A stretch of 5,353 nt of DNA from a virus, in IMG/VR virus record IMGVR_UViG_3300027711_000286, positions 1 through 5,353 of that record. The stretch is one strand, 5' to 3'. Shown here piece after piece: positions 4,705 to 5,353 of the stretch. How positions within the stretch are numbered: position 1 is the first letter of the stretch; each line of letters starts with the position of its first letter. The position numbers and the translations under genes were made by a program. The notes under the pieces are model-generated. The model saw nothing but the letters and a program-made list of their open reading frames with translations, was not told the DNA's origin and made no database searches.

Positions 4705-4740
4705 CAAATAAACGTGGAAAATATAGATAATTGTTTCCAC
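4705..4740 (-). promoter_or_regulatory. Candidate (+)-strand replication origin element: hairpin plus a TCCACGTT motif
   Basis: GTGGAAA (4714..4720) and TTTCCAC (4734..4740) form a 7-bp stem with a 13-nt AT loop. On the - (coding/viral-sense) strand, the 3' arm and flank read TTTCCACGTTTATTTG. This shares TCCACGTT with the f1 core origin GAGTCCACGTTCTTT^AATAGTGGACTC, where TCCAC is also a hairpin arm next to the pII nick. T-rich GGTTTT-type repeats follow on the - strand (4688..4704). Confidence 0.3.
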
Positions 4741-4793
4741 TTGTGAAAAAACTATAAAAAATTCATACATAGCTTGAAGGAGTGGTAAGCATT

Positions 4794-4841
4794 ATTCATA
4801 AAATACGAATAGTTTTAAAAAACTTTCCGCATTTTATGAAT
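4794..4841. other. 48-nt composite hairpin just downstream of the pI-like gene; candidate packaging signal or (-)-strand origin hairpin
   Basis: A perfect 11-bp inverted repeat, ATTCATAAAAT (4794..4804) with ATTTTATGAAT (4831..4841), forms the outer stem. An inner stem pairs AGTTTT (4811..4816) with AAAACT (4819..4824). Symmetric 6-nt internal loops separate the two stems. It is the first structure after the last morphogenesis gene, as the packaging signal is in Ff. Confidence 0.4.
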
Positions 4842-4857
4842 GACAGAAAACATTGTA

Positions 4858-5353
4858 TTACTCACTAGAACTAGCAAGTTTAGAAATGAAGTTTTTTTCT
4901 TCTTGGTAAGGTTCACAGACGGCTTTATAAGATCGCCTATTAATAGTGAAAACAACCAAGCATTGACTAATTGCCGTTACATCATAACCAAGCGTTAATA
5001 AGTCATCGGTTTTTAAATCGACACCACCACCACCAAAAACTAGCCTAAAAATATAATCAATTTTAGGAAAACGCCCATTGTTGTAAGAGATATATATTTT
5101 ATCAGCGGTTCTTAATAGATCGTCTTTAATACTTGAAGCAACATAAGACTCGCTTATAACTTCATCATTTATAAGCCTATCACTAGGCAAACTCTTTTCA
5201 GGTTCACTATTATCAGGTGACACATAAGCACTCGTTACAGATGACAAACCACGCCAAACCAGAAACAGCATGACAGCAATAAAAACAAAGAAGGCTTTTA
5301 CTTTCCAACTCTTAAGAATGTTAAAACGATTGTCGGCAGTAGTTTCATCACCT
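4858..5353 (-). CDS. Zot / pI-like assembly protein, 3' part (transmembrane segment plus C-terminal periplasmic-type domain); same gene as 1..723
   Basis: The frame is open from the right window edge to the TAA stop at 4860..4858. Positions 5227..5353 duplicate 1..127, so joining the circle gives 723 + 369 nt = 364 codons in one frame. The hydrophobic stretch AFFVFIAVMLFLVW sits at the junction, matching the single TM helix of pI/Zot proteins. The ATG at 5271 used by the ORF track is an internal Met. Confidence 0.85.
   Translation of the reverse strand, partial: GDETTADNRFNILKSWKVKAFFVFIAVMLFLVWRGLSSVTSAYVSPDNSEPEKSLPSDRLINDEVISESYVASSIKDDLLRTADKIYISYNNGRFPKIDYIFRLVFGGGGVDLKTDDLLTLGYDVTAISQCLVVFTINRRSYKAVCEPYQEEKNFISKLASSSE
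5227..5353. repeat. Right copy of the 127-nt terminal redundancy (circular overlap of the contig)
   Basis: Identical to 1..127. The window ends inside the repeat. Confidence 0.95.

Larger units (their letters stand above)
1..5226 (-). mobile_element. Complete circular filamentous-phage (Inoviridae-like) genome, unit length 5226 nt; replication and morphogenesis genes on the - strand, one regulator on the + strand
   Basis: The terminal 127 nt are duplicated exactly (1..127 = 5227..5353). The gene order is pII/pX-pV-small ORF-coat-small ORF-pIII-pVI-pI followed by a structured intergenic region, which is canonical Ff-type synteny. Genes are packed with 0-5 nt gaps or TAATG overlaps. Confidence 0.85.

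Noticed and set aside
4815-4853. 12-codon - strand ORF (MFSVIHKMRKVF) immediately after the pI-like stop, and a 15-codon ORF further on in the intergenic region
   Set aside because: Both are too short, lack ribosome-binding sites and overlap the 4794..4841 hairpin, so they are expected by chance in AT-rich sequence.
4776-4868. Strong Shine-Dalgarno-like GAAGGAG (4776..4782) on the + strand in the intergenic region, followed by a 25-codon open frame
   Set aside because: No ATG, GTG or TTG lies at a usable distance. The frame would have to start at ATT (4791) and would run convergently into the pI-like gene. It is more likely part of the structured non-coding region.

Overview
The window holds one complete, circularly closed genome of a small filamentous phage (inovirus-like replicative form or plasmid-like episome). 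Positions 1..127 are identical to 5227..5353, so the unit length is 5226 nt and the window overruns the circle by 127 nt. Reading the - strand gives a tightly packed Ff-style operon. In order it contains an Ff pII-like rolling-circle initiator (with a likely nested pX-like in-frame gene), a pV-like ssDNA-binding protein, a 70-aa membrane ORF and a 47-aa leaderless major coat protein. A clear rho-independent terminator follows, then a 25-aa hydrophobic ORF, a 429-aa pIII-like adsorption protein with proline/acid repeat linkers and a pVI-like protein. The last gene is a Zot/pI-like assembly ATPase whose reading frame crosses the circular junction. The only + strand gene is a 76-aa XRE-type HTH regulator, transcribed divergently from the initiator across a gap of about 50 bp. 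No secretin (pIV) gene, integrase, tRNA, rRNA or CRISPR array is present. The 245-bp non-coding region (4613..4857) carries several hairpins. One has a base made of two inverted sequences resembling the XerC-binding arm of dif, which makes it a candidate attP for XerCD-mediated integration. Another is flanked by an 8-mer shared with the f1 core origin. All homology statements come from my own translation and remembered Ff, Pf3 and dif sequences. No database search was run.
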